Origin: Abditibacterium sp.
Lineage (GTDB): Bacteria > Armatimonadota > Abditibacteriia > Abditibacteriales > Abditibacteriaceae
Assembly: GCA_965246885.1 (NCBI GenBank)
Contig: OZ251992.1
Location: 1,056,001-1,120,000, forward strand
Direction of reading: 5' to 3'
Length of the DNA: 64,000 bases
The notes beneath the pieces were generated by a model that was not told where the DNA came from, did no database searches, and saw only the letters and a program-made list of their open reading frames with translations. Below are positions 30,362 to 39,999 of this stretch, one piece after another. Position numbers and translations under genes: made by a program. Within the stretch, counting starts at the first letter, position 1, and each line of letters opens with the position of its first letter.

Positions 30362-30480
30362 GAGTTTTAGCCACCGATGGACACGGAGAACGCGGATGGT
30401 TTTGGAGGATGGAAGAGGATGATCTTTAGAAACCTCTTTCTTTCATCCGTGTTCTCCGTGTCCATCGGTGGCTAAAACTC
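30362..30480. repeat. Palindromic repeat, same family as 29461-29577
   Basis: GAGTTTTAGCCACCGATGGACACGGAGAAC...GTTCTCCGTGTCCATCGGTGGCTAAAACTC. Confidence 0.88.
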
Positions 30481-30530
30481 TTAGCCGCGCGCGGGACTTA
30501 GTAAAATGCACGGTGCGATTTCAGACCCGT

Positions 30531-33452
30531 ATGCCGCGCCCTAAAACTCCCCTCGACCCGTTTGAACCGTTGGGCGACGACTTCGATGTGCCCGCGTTTG
30601 TCGTTCCCTCGCGCCCGCGCACCCCGTCGCGGCCCCCATCTGCTCGCGCGCCGCGTCCCACTGCCAACCGTCCCACTTCTCCGGCCAAGCGTCCATCCAC
30701 CAACACGCCCCGCGCGAACTTTCAATCGCCTGCCTCGCCGCCTCCCCAGCCTGCGCGCCCGAAAACGGCGCCACGCCTCGCGATGACGTGGACGCCGCCG
30801 CGCCGTTTTGCGCCGCGCGCAGTGCATTATCAAATCGCGGGAGTGGGGTTGCTCGCGCTGTCGGCTCTGCTCTTTTGGAACACGCTGGCGCCCTCGACGG
30901 ACGGGTTGCTCCCGCGCTATGGCGTATTGGCGTTGCGTGGCTTGTTCGGGGCAGGGGCGGTGCTTGTGCCGGTCGCGCTTGGCGCCTTCGGGTGGACGCT
31001 GATTGTCAAACGGCAACGCGCCCGCGCGGGAGCGTTTTGGCGCGGCGCGGGGTTGGCGTTGCTCGTGTTTCTAACACTCCGCGCGTTGCCCGTGCCGAGG
31101 GGCGGCGAGTTCGCGGGGGCCGAGGTGATGCGCGCGCATGGCGGCGTGGTCGGCGCGCTGTCGTCGTGGGTGTTGCGGCGCGTTCTGGGCGAAGTTGGAG
31201 CATATCTGGCGCTTGGCGCCATTGCCGTCGCTTCCCTCCTGTTGTGGAGCGAGCACACTTTGGGCGAACTGGGCGCTCTTGTCGGCAACAAGTGGAGCGA
31301 GTGGCGCGACACTTGGAAAGCGCAACGCGCGCAAAATACGAAGGAAAAGCGGCCCGACCGCTTCTATTCGCGCGACGAGCAGTTGGAACTGTGGCCGCCC
31401 GCACCGCGCGACGCGGACGGCTGGCCGCGCCCCGCTTCGCCCTCGCTCGCCGAAATTCGCGCCCGCAACGCCAAGCGCGCCGACGACGCTTCGCCGTTCC
31501 TGTCCGTTGGCGACTGGTTCCCCGCCAAGAGCGACACCCCGCCCTCTTCCGAGGAATTCCCTGTTTCTTCCGAAGAATTACCTGTTTCTTCCGAAGAATT
31601 ACCTCTGCCGAAGAAAGAAACACGTAATTCTTCGAGTGGCGCGCCTAATTCTTCCGACGGCGCAGCTAATTCCTCCGATGGCGCGCCCCCCGCGACCGAA
31701 GAATTAGCTGCGCCGACCGATGGCGCGGCTAATTCTTCGGTCGGCGCGGCCCGTTCCTCGGCTCCCGCGCACGCGGCGCCGCGCATCGAGATCATCCAAT
31801 CGCCGCCACCGGTTTCGGTTCTCGATTTGGAAGAACTGACCGCCGAAAAAGAACCCGTCTTTTCGCCGCAAGAACTTCTGGAGCAGCAAGCGTTGGAGTC
31901 GGCGGGCGACGGCTCGGAGTTGGACGCGCCGCGCCCGATTCGCATCGAAAAGCCGCGCCGACATTTTGGCGACGGGCCGCTCATGCCAGAGTATTTCGAT
32001 GACGGCGTGCGCGCTCTCGACCCGCCCGTCGCGCCCGATTTGGAGGGCGCCGAGGAAGAGTTGCAGCGCGGCGTTGTCGGCGTGCAAGAAACGCTCGCCG
32101 CCTTCAAAATAGACGCGCGCGTGACCGATGTCAAGCGCGGCCCGGTGATTACCCGCTACGAAGTGCAACCCGCGCCGGGCGTGCGCGTGGCGACGATTGC
32201 TAACCTCGACCGCGACTTGGCGCGCAGTTTAAGCGCTCTCGCCGTTCGCATCGAAGCGCCGGTGCCGGGGAAAAACGTCGTCGGCATCGAAGTGCCCAAC
32301 CGCAAAGTCCACCTCGTCCGCATGCGCGACGTATTGGAGCAGCACGACTTTCTGGCGCACCCGTCGAAGTTAGCGTTTGTGTTGGGGAAGGACATCGCGG
32401 GCCAACCAAAGTGGGGCGACCTCGCCAAAATGCCGCACTTGCTTATCGCGGGCAGCACGAACTCCGGCAAATCGGTGTGCCTGAACTCCATTATTGCCTC
32501 GATTCTCGTGCGAAGCGGCCCAGAAGAAGTGCGCTTTTCGCTCATTGACCCCAAGCGCGTGGAACTGACGCTGTATCGGGGCTTGCCGCATCTAATGCAC
32601 GATGTCGTGGTCGAGCCAAAGCAAGCCGTCGTCGCGCTGCGCCGCGCCATCGAAGAGATGGATAGGCGCTACCGCTTGTTCGCTAACCGGGGGGTGCGCA
32701 ACATCGCGTCGCACAACGCCAAATTGCAAGCGGGCGAGCGGCCCATGCCCTACATCGTCATCGTCATTGATGAGTTGGCCGACCTGATGATGACCGCCGC
32801 CGCCGAGTTCGAGAAGCTCATCTGCCGCCTCGCGCAACTCGCGCGGGCAACGGGTATCCACTTGATCGTTGCGACGCAACGACCAAGTGTAAACGTCATC
32901 ACGGGCGTCATCAAGGCCAACATTCCGGCGCGCATCGCCTTCGCGGTCGCCTCGCAAGTGGACTCCCGCACCATCCTCGACAGCGTGGGCGCCGAACGGC
33001 TGATTGGGAGTGGCGATATGCTGTTCGACGCCAACAACGGCGGCAAATCGGTGCGCATCCAAGGCGCCTTCCTCAGCGAAGAGGAAGTCAACCGCGTGGT
33101 CGAAGTCGTCAAAGCCAACTACGCCGACGAGGACGCCGTTTCCGACGACCTGCCGACCTTCGACCTCTTCGTCGAGGACGAGTCCGACGAAGATGACGCC
33201 CGCTCCGGCGGCTACTCGCCCGACGAAAAGCGCGACTCGCTCTACGCCGACATCGTGGAGTTCTGCCTGCGCCACAACGAAATGAGCGCGAGCAACATCC
33301 AGCGCAAGTTCGGCATCGGCTACCCCCGCGCCGGGAGAATCGTAGACCAATTAGAACGCGCCGGAGTCCTCAGCCCCGCCGACGGGCCAAAACCGAGGAA
33401 GGTGTTGGGGCGGGGCGGCGGGGACGGGAGTGAGGATGAGGAGGACGGATGA
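30531..33452 (+). CDS. ftsK: DNA translocase FtsK/SpoIIIE
   Basis: N-terminal TM region, 'PHLLIAGSTNSGKS', 'IDELADLM', 'ATQRPSV', gamma domain 'IQRKFGIGYPRAGRIVDQLE'. Confidence 0.95.
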   Translation: MPRPKTPLDPFEPLGDDFDVPAFVVPSRPRTPSRPPSARAPRPTANRPTSPAKRPSTNTPRANFQSPASPPPQPARPKTAPRLAMTWTPPRRFAPRAVHYQIAGVGLLALSALLFWNTLAPSTDGLLPRYGVLALRGLFGAGAVLVPVALGAFGWTLIVKRQRARAGAFWRGAGLALLVFLTLRALPVPRGGEFAGAEVMRAHGGVVGALSSWVLRRVLGEVGAYLALGAIAVASLLLWSEHTLGELGALVGNKWSEWRDTWKAQRAQNTKEKRPDRFYSRDEQLELWPPAPRDADGWPRPASPSLAEIRARNAKRADDASPFLSVGDWFPAKSDTPPSSEEFPVSSEELPVSSEELPLPKKETRNSSSGAPNSSDGAANSSDGAPPATEELAAPTDGAANSSVGAARSSAPAHAAPRIEIIQSPPPVSVLDLEELTAEKEPVFSPQELLEQQALESAGDGSELDAPRPIRIEKPRRHFGDGPLMPEYFDDGVRALDPPVAPDLEGAEEELQRGVVGVQETLAAFKIDARVTDVKRGPVITRYEVQPAPGVRVATIANLDRDLARSLSALAVRIEAPVPGKNVVGIEVPNRKVHLVRMRDVLEQHDFLAHPSKLAFVLGKDIAGQPKWGDLAKMPHLLIAGSTNSGKSVCLNSIIASILVRSGPEEVRFSLIDPKRVELTLYRGLPHLMHDVVVEPKQAVVALRRAIEEMDRRYRLFANRGVRNIASHNAKLQAGERPMPYIVIVIDELADLMMTAAAEFEKLICRLAQLARATGIHLIVATQRPSVNVITGVIKANIPARIAFAVASQVDSRTILDSVGAERLIGSGDMLFDANNGGKSVRIQGAFLSEEEVNRVVEVVKANYADEDAVSDDLPTFDLFVEDESDEDDARSGGYSPDEKRDSLYADIVEFCLRHNEMSASNIQRKFGIGYPRAGRIVDQLERAGVLSPADGPKPRKVLGRGGGDGSEDEEDG
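31545..31760 (+). repeat. In-frame 21-bp (7-codon) repeats in the FtsK linker
   Basis: SSEEFPV-SSEELPV-SSEELPL...SSSGAPN-SSDGAAN-SSDGAPP; DNA unit TTCCGAAGAATTACCTGTTTC. Confidence 0.85.
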
Positions 33453-33784
33453 CGCCTAAAAAGCTGATCCTGTATAAAACGGAAATCAAAACTCCGCCGC
33501 TTTCGGCTGCTGCGCGTCTTGAGGTCGGGCAGTTGCTTCGTAAATTGCTCGATGGGGAGTCGTTATCCATGCCACACTCGCGTCCAATGCCCACAATTGG
33601 GGCGCGCGTTCACGAACTGCGCGTCAACGATGAGAACCAAACGTGGCGCCTCATTTATCGCTTGGATAGAGACGAAGTTTTGGTGGTGGACTTGTTTTCT
33701 AAGAAGACCCAGCAAACCGCTCTTCCAGACATCCGCCGCAGCCAAGGCCGACTGCGCGCTTATGACGATTCGCTGAACGCATAA
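33449..33784 (+). CDS. RelE/ParE (HigB/Gp49-like) toxin
   Basis: 'MPHSRPMPTIGARVHELR...WRLIYR...FSKKTQQT'. Confidence 0.85.
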   Translation: MTPKKLILYKTEIKTPPLSAAARLEVGQLLRKLLDGESLSMPHSRPMPTIGARVHELRVNDENQTWRLIYRLDRDEVLVVDLFSKKTQQTALPDIRRSQGRLRAYDDSLNA

Positions 33785-33798
33785 ATCAAAGGGAAACC

Positions 33799-34137
33799 AT
33801 GAACCAAGAAACCAAAGACAGATTGGAAAAAGCGGGTTGGGTCGAAACCACCGTCGCCGACTTTTTGAACCTGACACCCGAAGAAGAAGCTCTCGTTGAC
33901 ACGGGCCTTGTCCTGTCGAACATGATGAAAGAAGCGCGCGAAGCCCACCACCTCTCGCCCGCCGAAGTCGAGGCGCGTGTCGGACTCAAAGCGGGCCAAG
34001 TCGCGGAGTTGGAAGGCGCCGTCGGCCTCGATTTCGGCACCGCGTTCCACGTCCTCTACGCTCTGGGCATCTCGCCCCGCGAGATCGGCGAGCGACTGGC
34101 GCCCGTTGAACTCAAACGCGCCGAGTTGGTGGCGTGA
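33799..34137 (+). CDS. XRE HTH antitoxin (HigA-like)
   Basis: 'LEKAGW..TVADFLNLTPEE' plus HTH; directly follows the toxin. Confidence 0.8.
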   Translation: MNQETKDRLEKAGWVETTVADFLNLTPEEEALVDTGLVLSNMMKEAREAHHLSPAEVEARVGLKAGQVAELEGAVGLDFGTAFHVLYALGISPREIGERLAPVELKRAELVA

Positions 34138-34141
34138 TTTT

Positions 34142-35128
34142 ATGCCGCCGAAAGAGGAATTGTTCAGGCCATTTGAGAAATTGCTCCCTATTTCTCATGG
34201 CAAGACCCAAAATGTTTTAGAGTGGACGGGCGTTGTCCGTCAGCCAGTGGCTGGGTCTCTTCTCTTCTGGCTCCGTCCGCAAGGCGCACCTGTGGACAAA
34301 CTGTTTTTCTGCGCAGTTGATTCCTTGCTTACTGTGGCGCGTTGTCCCCCTCAAAATCTTGATTTGTTCTTTGAAGAGTGGTTGCCGAAGTTTTGGAGCG
34401 CCAAGAAACTTCACCGTGTGGTTTGGTTGCCGCGCACCATCCCCGACGCGCCCGAAAGCTGGATGATATTGAAACCGGGAGAAGCTGGGCTTGTGACGGG
34501 CGAGGGCACGCACTACGCCAATTGGAACTCACCGAGATTTGGTTTTATGGCGCCCGACTTTGTGTATGATGCGCCTCAAACCGTTTTGGAAAGCTGCGTA
34601 GAACGCACGGCTGAAGCCGAACCAGAGCGTTGGGAGGGTGTTGTCCGATGGGCGCGAATGACACCAGAAGAGAGATTTTGGTCGTTGGTTTCTTGGGAGC
34701 GCGGTAATCCCTCGGAGTGGATGGGATTGATGCGCGCGTTGCTTCAACTCGATGCCCGACGCGCGCCGTTTGCCGAGGAGAGATTGACATGGCGATTGGA
34801 TTTCGCGTGGGACACGAAATTGCCGACTTTGCCCGTGCCGCTCGGAATGAACCCCTATGATTTGAACCCTTACGGTTTGAAGTCCATACCTACAAAGCTC
34901 GCGGCTTTAGCTCAACAACACTTCGGCGCGATGGTGGACTACAGCCAATGGAGAATCAAGCGCGCAAGGCGCAGTCCCTTCCTTCCGCTTCTCGTCAACC
35001 CCGCAGTCACAGTGACGCACCCATCCCAACACGAACGGATGGAAGCCCTCGAACTCTGGCGCGATTTCGGGCGGCGGAGCGGCCAACTGGCGCGCGTCGA
35101 GGAGTTGCTGCGCGAACTGCTCGCGTGA
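34142..35128 (+). CDS. Hypothetical Trp-rich protein
   Basis: ATG 4 nt after the antitoxin stop; 328 aa; lower GC at the 5' end. Confidence 0.65.
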   Translation: MPPKEELFRPFEKLLPISHGKTQNVLEWTGVVRQPVAGSLLFWLRPQGAPVDKLFFCAVDSLLTVARCPPQNLDLFFEEWLPKFWSAKKLHRVVWLPRTIPDAPESWMILKPGEAGLVTGEGTHYANWNSPRFGFMAPDFVYDAPQTVLESCVERTAEAEPERWEGVVRWARMTPEERFWSLVSWERGNPSEWMGLMRALLQLDARRAPFAEERLTWRLDFAWDTKLPTLPVPLGMNPYDLNPYGLKSIPTKLAALAQQHFGAMVDYSQWRIKRARRSPFLPLLVNPAVTVTHPSQHERMEALELWRDFGRRSGQLARVEELLRELLA

Positions 35129-35206
35129 GGAAGCGCCCCACCCACGCAACGCCCCGCCCCTTCTACTCGTTTACTCGAAAGGCGACCTTCGTGCCTCTTG
35201 CTCGTT

Positions 35207-36667
35207 ATGCGGTCTTCTCCTTCCAAATTGCGCGTTCACACCTTTCGCCCGCGTCGGCGGCTGAGTGCCAAGTGGTTGCTACTTCCCGGCGCGCTTGCGC
35301 TGGGCGGCGGGGTGATGTGGGGGGCGCGGCATACGGCGTCGCTCAAGGTCGGGGCGCGGGATGCGCTGGGGTATATCCCGACTTCGACGCTGTTTGTGCC
35401 GGTGTTTTATGACTCGACCATCCACGAAGAGACCCTCCCCGAAGCGCCGCCTTTTCATGGGCCTTGGAACGACCGGGTTTTGTTTCTGGGGATGAACCCC
35501 AGTTCGGTGCGCACCGCGACGAGGCAGATGAGGAAGCACGCGGAGTTGGAAGTCATTACCGATTCCGGCTTGCCCGACCATGTGAAGGTCGGCGGCAAGT
35601 GGATGGAGTTGGGGTCGTCGTATGGCATCGCGGCGTTTGTCAAGACGCTCGGCTTGCCCCCAAAGAACGCGGCGGGGGTGCGGCGGGCGCTTGCGATTTG
35701 CGAGACCGGGGCGCGCGACGAGTTAGGGCAGTTGGCGATGGTGTGGGCGCGCGGCGAAAAGGGCGCCCACATTCCGTCGCGCATGGTGTTGGCGGGGCAC
35801 TCGAACGGCGACGGCGTGTGGGGCGACGACAACGGGAGCCTGCGGCTGGGGCCGCTTCTGCAACTGTCGCGGGCGTTGCCGCACGCGACGTGTCAGATAG
35901 AAGATGCCTTCGTCACGGGCTGCTATTCGGGCGGCGAAGTGACGATGGATCAGTACCTGCTGATTTTCCCGCGCGCCAAAACGATTTGGGCCTACGACGC
36001 GCAGGCGCCGGGCGTGGACAACGGCGCAACCGTTGACCAAGCCGGATGGGAAGCCGCGACGCGCGGACGCAACTCGTCTTACATTCCGTCCACAAGTGCT
36101 TCGGCGGGCAAGTATCTGGCAATTTGGAGCGTCACGACCGGCTACCACGCCCGCAAGCCGCCGCTTAATCTCGCGCAACTGCGCGGCAAAGTGCAGTGGA
36201 TGGACGAACACTTCGGCACGCCCGCGCTCGCGGGGCAAGATTGGGCCTTTGACGGCGGCTACCGCATCCCCATCCGCATCACCGACCCGCACACTGGGCT
36301 GGTGCGGCAGTATTATTCGTGGCTGGTGCGCCTCACGCAAAACAAAAAGCTGGACGACGACGAGCGCGGGCTGTGGAACGACAAAAAGCAGCAGACCATC
36401 CGGTTACTCTACTGGGGCACCTCAGTCGCGCCGCGCTTCGGGCGCATCTATGGCGCGCAAATCCGCGCCGGTTACGCGGACTTGGGCCTCTCGGCTCCCG
36501 ATTTCGCCCACGCCGACCGCGCCGAAGCCGTCCGCGCAGTGAACGAATATCTCGCGCGTTTGGCGAAAACTCCGCGCGCTTCAACCCGCGCGCAAAACGT
36601 CGGCTCGCTCTTGCAACGCGGGGTGAAGGATTTAGACCCGTCGGTGATTCCCGACGGCTGGGTGTAG
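35207..36667 (+). CDS. Hypothetical membrane-anchored protein, possible His-Cys (caspase-like fold) peptidase
   Basis: N-terminal TM; 'MVLAGHSNG' and 'FVTGCYSG'. Confidence 0.65.
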   Translation: MRSSPSKLRVHTFRPRRRLSAKWLLLPGALALGGGVMWGARHTASLKVGARDALGYIPTSTLFVPVFYDSTIHEETLPEAPPFHGPWNDRVLFLGMNPSSVRTATRQMRKHAELEVITDSGLPDHVKVGGKWMELGSSYGIAAFVKTLGLPPKNAAGVRRALAICETGARDELGQLAMVWARGEKGAHIPSRMVLAGHSNGDGVWGDDNGSLRLGPLLQLSRALPHATCQIEDAFVTGCYSGGEVTMDQYLLIFPRAKTIWAYDAQAPGVDNGATVDQAGWEAATRGRNSSYIPSTSASAGKYLAIWSVTTGYHARKPPLNLAQLRGKVQWMDEHFGTPALAGQDWAFDGGYRIPIRITDPHTGLVRQYYSWLVRLTQNKKLDDDERGLWNDKKQQTIRLLYWGTSVAPRFGRIYGAQIRAGYADLGLSAPDFAHADRAEAVRAVNEYLARLAKTPRASTRAQNVGSLLQRGVKDLDPSVIPDGWV

Positions 36668-36684
36668 GGCGCCGCGTGTTATCT

Positions 36685-36857
36685 TCCGACCACTGAAGTG
36701 GCGGCTTGGGGGCCTGCGGCCAAGCGTCGGCTTTCGCCGACCAGTCACATCTACAACTCCGTTGCGCATGGACGACAAAGTGGCGATTGCCAAATAGCCC
36801 GCGCAGGCGGGCGTCTGGCCGCAGGCCCTCAAGCCGCCACTTCAGTGGTCGGACTAC
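36685..36857. repeat. REP-like element, CCACTGAAGTGG variant with terminal CTAC
   Basis: TCCGACCACTGAAGTGGCGGCTT...AAGCCGCCACTTCAGTGGTCGGA-CTAC. Confidence 0.85.
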
Positions 36858-36901
36858 AAGGGCGGAATCAACTGCCCGCTCATTCCTTAAACTCTCCGCA
36901 C

Positions 36902-38491
36902 GTGTTATCTCTTTCCAAGATTTACAAACAATACGGCACGCAAGTCCTCTACGACGACGCCGAACTTTTTATTGGCCCCGACGACCGCGTCGGGCTGGTT
37001 GGCCCCAACGGGATGGGCAAGTCCACCGTGTTCAAGATGATTATGGGGACGGAAGAGCCAGATCAGGGCACCATCACGCTCGACCCCGGTAAATCCATCG
37101 GCATGCTTTCGCAGGAGTCGCAGTGTCGCTTGGGCATCACCGTGCGCGAGGAAATGCAGTCGGCCTTCCCCGAAGCCGACGACGCGCAGAATGAAATCAT
37201 GGCGCTGTCGGAGAAGTTGGAGTTCGCCCGCGACCACGAAGCGCGCTCGGCTTTGCGGCAACTCGCGCAAGCGCAGATTAATCTCGAACTGCAAGGCACG
37301 GAAACGATGGAAGCGCGCATCGCCAAAGTCCTGAACGGGCTGGGTTTCCCGCAGGATTCCCTCTCGCGCATGACCGACTCCTTTTCGGGCGGCTGGCAAA
37401 TGCGCATCGCCTTGGCGAAGTTGCTCTTGCGCCAGCCCGACCTAATGCTCCTCGACGAGCCGACGAACCATCTTGATGCCAAGGCTGTGCGCTGGCTGGA
37501 AGGCTACATTGCGACCTATCCCGGCAGCGTCTTCATCATTTCGCACGAGGGCGATTTCCTCGACTCCACCTGCGAGCGTATCATCGAAGTGGACGAGGGC
37601 AAGCTGGTTTCTTACACGGGGAACTTTTCGGACTTCAAGGAGCAAAAGGAAGCCAACCGCGTCGCGCACGCCAACGCCTACGAGCGCCAAGTCAAGGAGT
37701 TGGAGCGCCAGCAAGTCTTTATTGACCGCTTCGGCGCCAAAGCGACCAAAGCGCGCGCCGTCAAATCGCGCGAAAAAGCCATTGAGCGCGTCGAGAAGAT
37801 CGAGGCGCCCAAAGTCAAAGAGCGCAAGATTAGCCTCGAATTCCCCGAAGCCGTCCAGTCGTCGCAAGAACCCATGCGACTCCGCAAAGTCACCGTCCGC
37901 TACGGCGAAAAAACCGTCTTGGACAACGTGGACTTCAAGCTCAAGCGCGGCGACCGCATCGCTCTCCTTGGCCCCAACGGAGCCGGAAAATCCACGCTCA
38001 TCCGCATCCTGTCCGGCGCCGAACAACCCACTTCCGGCGAACGCGAAGAAGGGCGCAACCTCATCATCGGCTACTTCGCGCAACACCAAGCCGAAGCCTT
38101 GGACGCCAACAAGTCCGTCTTGGATGAAACCTTGGACGGCTTGGAATCGCGCCCCGAACCCATCGCCCGCAACTTGTTGGGCCGCCTCCTGCTACGCGGC
38201 GAAGCCGTTTACAAACCCGTCAAAGTCGTCTCCGGCGGCGAACGCTCCCGCATCGCGCTCGCCAAGTTCCTGCTGCGCCCCGCGAACTTGTTGCTCCTCG
38301 ACGAGCCGACGAACCACCTCGACGCCAACTCGCGCGAAGTCCTTATCGAAGCCCTGCAAAGTTTCAAGGGCACCCTCGTCATGGCCTCGCACGACGAGGA
38401 ATTTATCAAAGCCGTCGCGGTAGATTCCTACACGCTCGGCGACGGCCACATCGTCGAAAACCGCACGCCTGTTGGAACGGGGAAGAAGTAA
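36902..38491 (+). CDS. ABC-F family ATP-binding protein
   Basis: Two NBDs (GPNGMGKS/FSGGW/LDEPTNHLD and GPNGAGKS/VSGGE/LDEPTNHLD), no TM segments; start at GTG 36902. Confidence 0.93.
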   Translation: MLSLSKIYKQYGTQVLYDDAELFIGPDDRVGLVGPNGMGKSTVFKMIMGTEEPDQGTITLDPGKSIGMLSQESQCRLGITVREEMQSAFPEADDAQNEIMALSEKLEFARDHEARSALRQLAQAQINLELQGTETMEARIAKVLNGLGFPQDSLSRMTDSFSGGWQMRIALAKLLLRQPDLMLLDEPTNHLDAKAVRWLEGYIATYPGSVFIISHEGDFLDSTCERIIEVDEGKLVSYTGNFSDFKEQKEANRVAHANAYERQVKELERQQVFIDRFGAKATKARAVKSREKAIERVEKIEAPKVKERKISLEFPEAVQSSQEPMRLRKVTVRYGEKTVLDNVDFKLKRGDRIALLGPNGAGKSTLIRILSGAEQPTSGEREEGRNLIIGYFAQHQAEALDANKSVLDETLDGLESRPEPIARNLLGRLLLRGEAVYKPVKVVSGGERSRIALAKFLLRPANLLLLDEPTNHLDANSREVLIEALQSFKGTLVMASHDEEFIKAVAVDSYTLGDGHIVENRTPVGTGKK

Positions 38492-38495
38492 CGCC

Positions 38496-38525
38496 AAGAG
38501 CCGCTTTAACTGGAGCGGCTCTTTT
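38496..38525. terminator. Intrinsic terminator after the ABC-F gene
   Basis: AAGAGCCGCT...AGCGGCTCTTTT. Confidence 0.7.
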
Positions 38526-39057
38526 GCCTCTTCTTATATTTGTGATAGCCGGTGTCCCATTCGACATTTACCGTCAACTGCTCTCCAAGCAGCGATTCCA
38601 AGGATTGGAGCAGGGATTTCGCTTCGCGGACGTGTTCGACCCTCATTTCAAACTTCTTCCCTTCCGGGGTGCGGAAGAACCAGCGCAGGGCGTGCATGTC
38701 GTTGAGACCGCGAAAGGCTCCGGGCGCCTCGATGCGACAGTCGGCGAACTGGGTGGCTTCCAATTTGAAGCTCCCCTCGCGCGTTTGCAGCAGTTCGTCC
38801 GGCTGTTGAGAATCGGCGGCGGTGGCGTTTCGTTTGGCTTCCTCCTTCGCTTTTGTTTGTCGGTGCATGAAAAAAAGCGTCGCTATGGAAAGAATGCCGA
38901 AGGAGAAAGTGCCGTCCGTGCCTTGCTTGCCAACGGGGATGAAGTAAACCAAATCGCTCTGGATGTAAACGCGGTAAAGAACATCGGCGCCCCACGACGA
39001 CACCGATTGGACTGAAAAGGGGCGTGGCTTGGGTTTCGAGTCTTCTTGCAGTGCCAT
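38506..39057 (-). CDS. Hypothetical protein with one hydrophobic segment
   Basis: ATG 39057 preceded by GGAGG; fills the gap between the ABC-F and isomerase genes. Confidence 0.6.
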   Translation of the reverse strand: MALQEDSKPKPRPFSVQSVSSWGADVLYRVYIQSDLVYFIPVGKQGTDGTFSFGILSIATLFFMHRQTKAKEEAKRNATAADSQQPDELLQTREGSFKLEATQFADCRIEAPGAFRGLNDMHALRWFFRTPEGKKFEMRVEHVREAKSLLQSLESLLGEQLTVNVEWDTGYHKYKKRQKSRSS

Positions 39058-39144
39058 TGGGTGTTCCTCCCAAAAGATTCTAACCGAAGAGGGGTGCGAG
39101 AGGTGCCCATTTTTGCTATTCTGGCACCTTCGCCAATCCACATT

Positions 39145-39975
39145 ATGAAAATTGCGCTTCAACTGGGCCTGATACCGGGCCAAACGACCTCCGACAAAGC
39201 CAAATGGTGCGCCGACAACGGCGTTGACGGCATCGAACTGACGCTTTTCGGCACGCTTCCTCCCGGCCTGTACAAACAGGCCGACGAGATAAACGGTGTC
39301 GTGAAAGTTTGTTCCGTGTGCGGCAACGCGGGCACTGACGGCGCTGGGTCGTTCGATTTTTTGCATCCCGACTTCGCAAAGCGGCGCGCGTCCATTGACG
39401 CTTCGCTCGCCGCGCTCGCGTTTTGCGGGGAAGTCGGCGCCATCGGGCAAATCGTGCCGCCCATCTTCGGCGGGCCGGTCGTGCCCGACCTATCGCCGTT
39501 CAAAACGCCGCTCGAACTCGAAGAGGAACTCATGATTGCCGCCGCCAAAGAGTTGGGCGAGTTCGCGGCTTCCAAGAACACCCTGTTCATGTTGGAACCG
39601 CTCAACCGCTATGAGCAACACTACCTCCGCACCCAAGCCGACGGCGTGCGCGTCATCAACGCCGTTGGCGGCATCGGGCACGGCGTCGGCTTGCTCAGCG
39701 ACTTCTTCCACATGCACATCGAAGAAACCAACTCTCCCGAAGCGTTCCGCCGCGCCAAGGGGTATACGGATCACATCCACTTGGCCGACAACACGCGCAT
39801 GGAGCCGGGCACCGGCGATATTGACTTTGTCGCCAGTTTCAAAGTGCTCAAAGAGAACGGCTTCGACGGGTATATGGCTTACGAGTGCGGCATCAGTGGC
39901 GACGACGCCAAAGCTAAAGAAGCGAACTTGAAGAAGTCGCTGGACTATATGCGCGAGTGCATCGCCAAAGCGTAA
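39145..39975 (+). CDS. Sugar phosphate isomerase/epimerase (xylose isomerase-like TIM barrel)
   Basis: 'LEPLNRYE', 'DFFHMHIEE', 'HIHLADNTR-EPGTG', 'YEC'. Confidence 0.9.
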   Translation: MKIALQLGLIPGQTTSDKAKWCADNGVDGIELTLFGTLPPGLYKQADEINGVVKVCSVCGNAGTDGAGSFDFLHPDFAKRRASIDASLAALAFCGEVGAIGQIVPPIFGGPVVPDLSPFKTPLELEEELMIAAAKELGEFAASKNTLFMLEPLNRYEQHYLRTQADGVRVINAVGGIGHGVGLLSDFFHMHIEETNSPEAFRRAKGYTDHIHLADNTRMEPGTGDIDFVASFKVLKENGFDGYMAYECGISGDDAKAKEANLKKSLDYMRECIAKA

Positions 39976-39999
39976 ACATAAATAGAAGGAACAACCATC

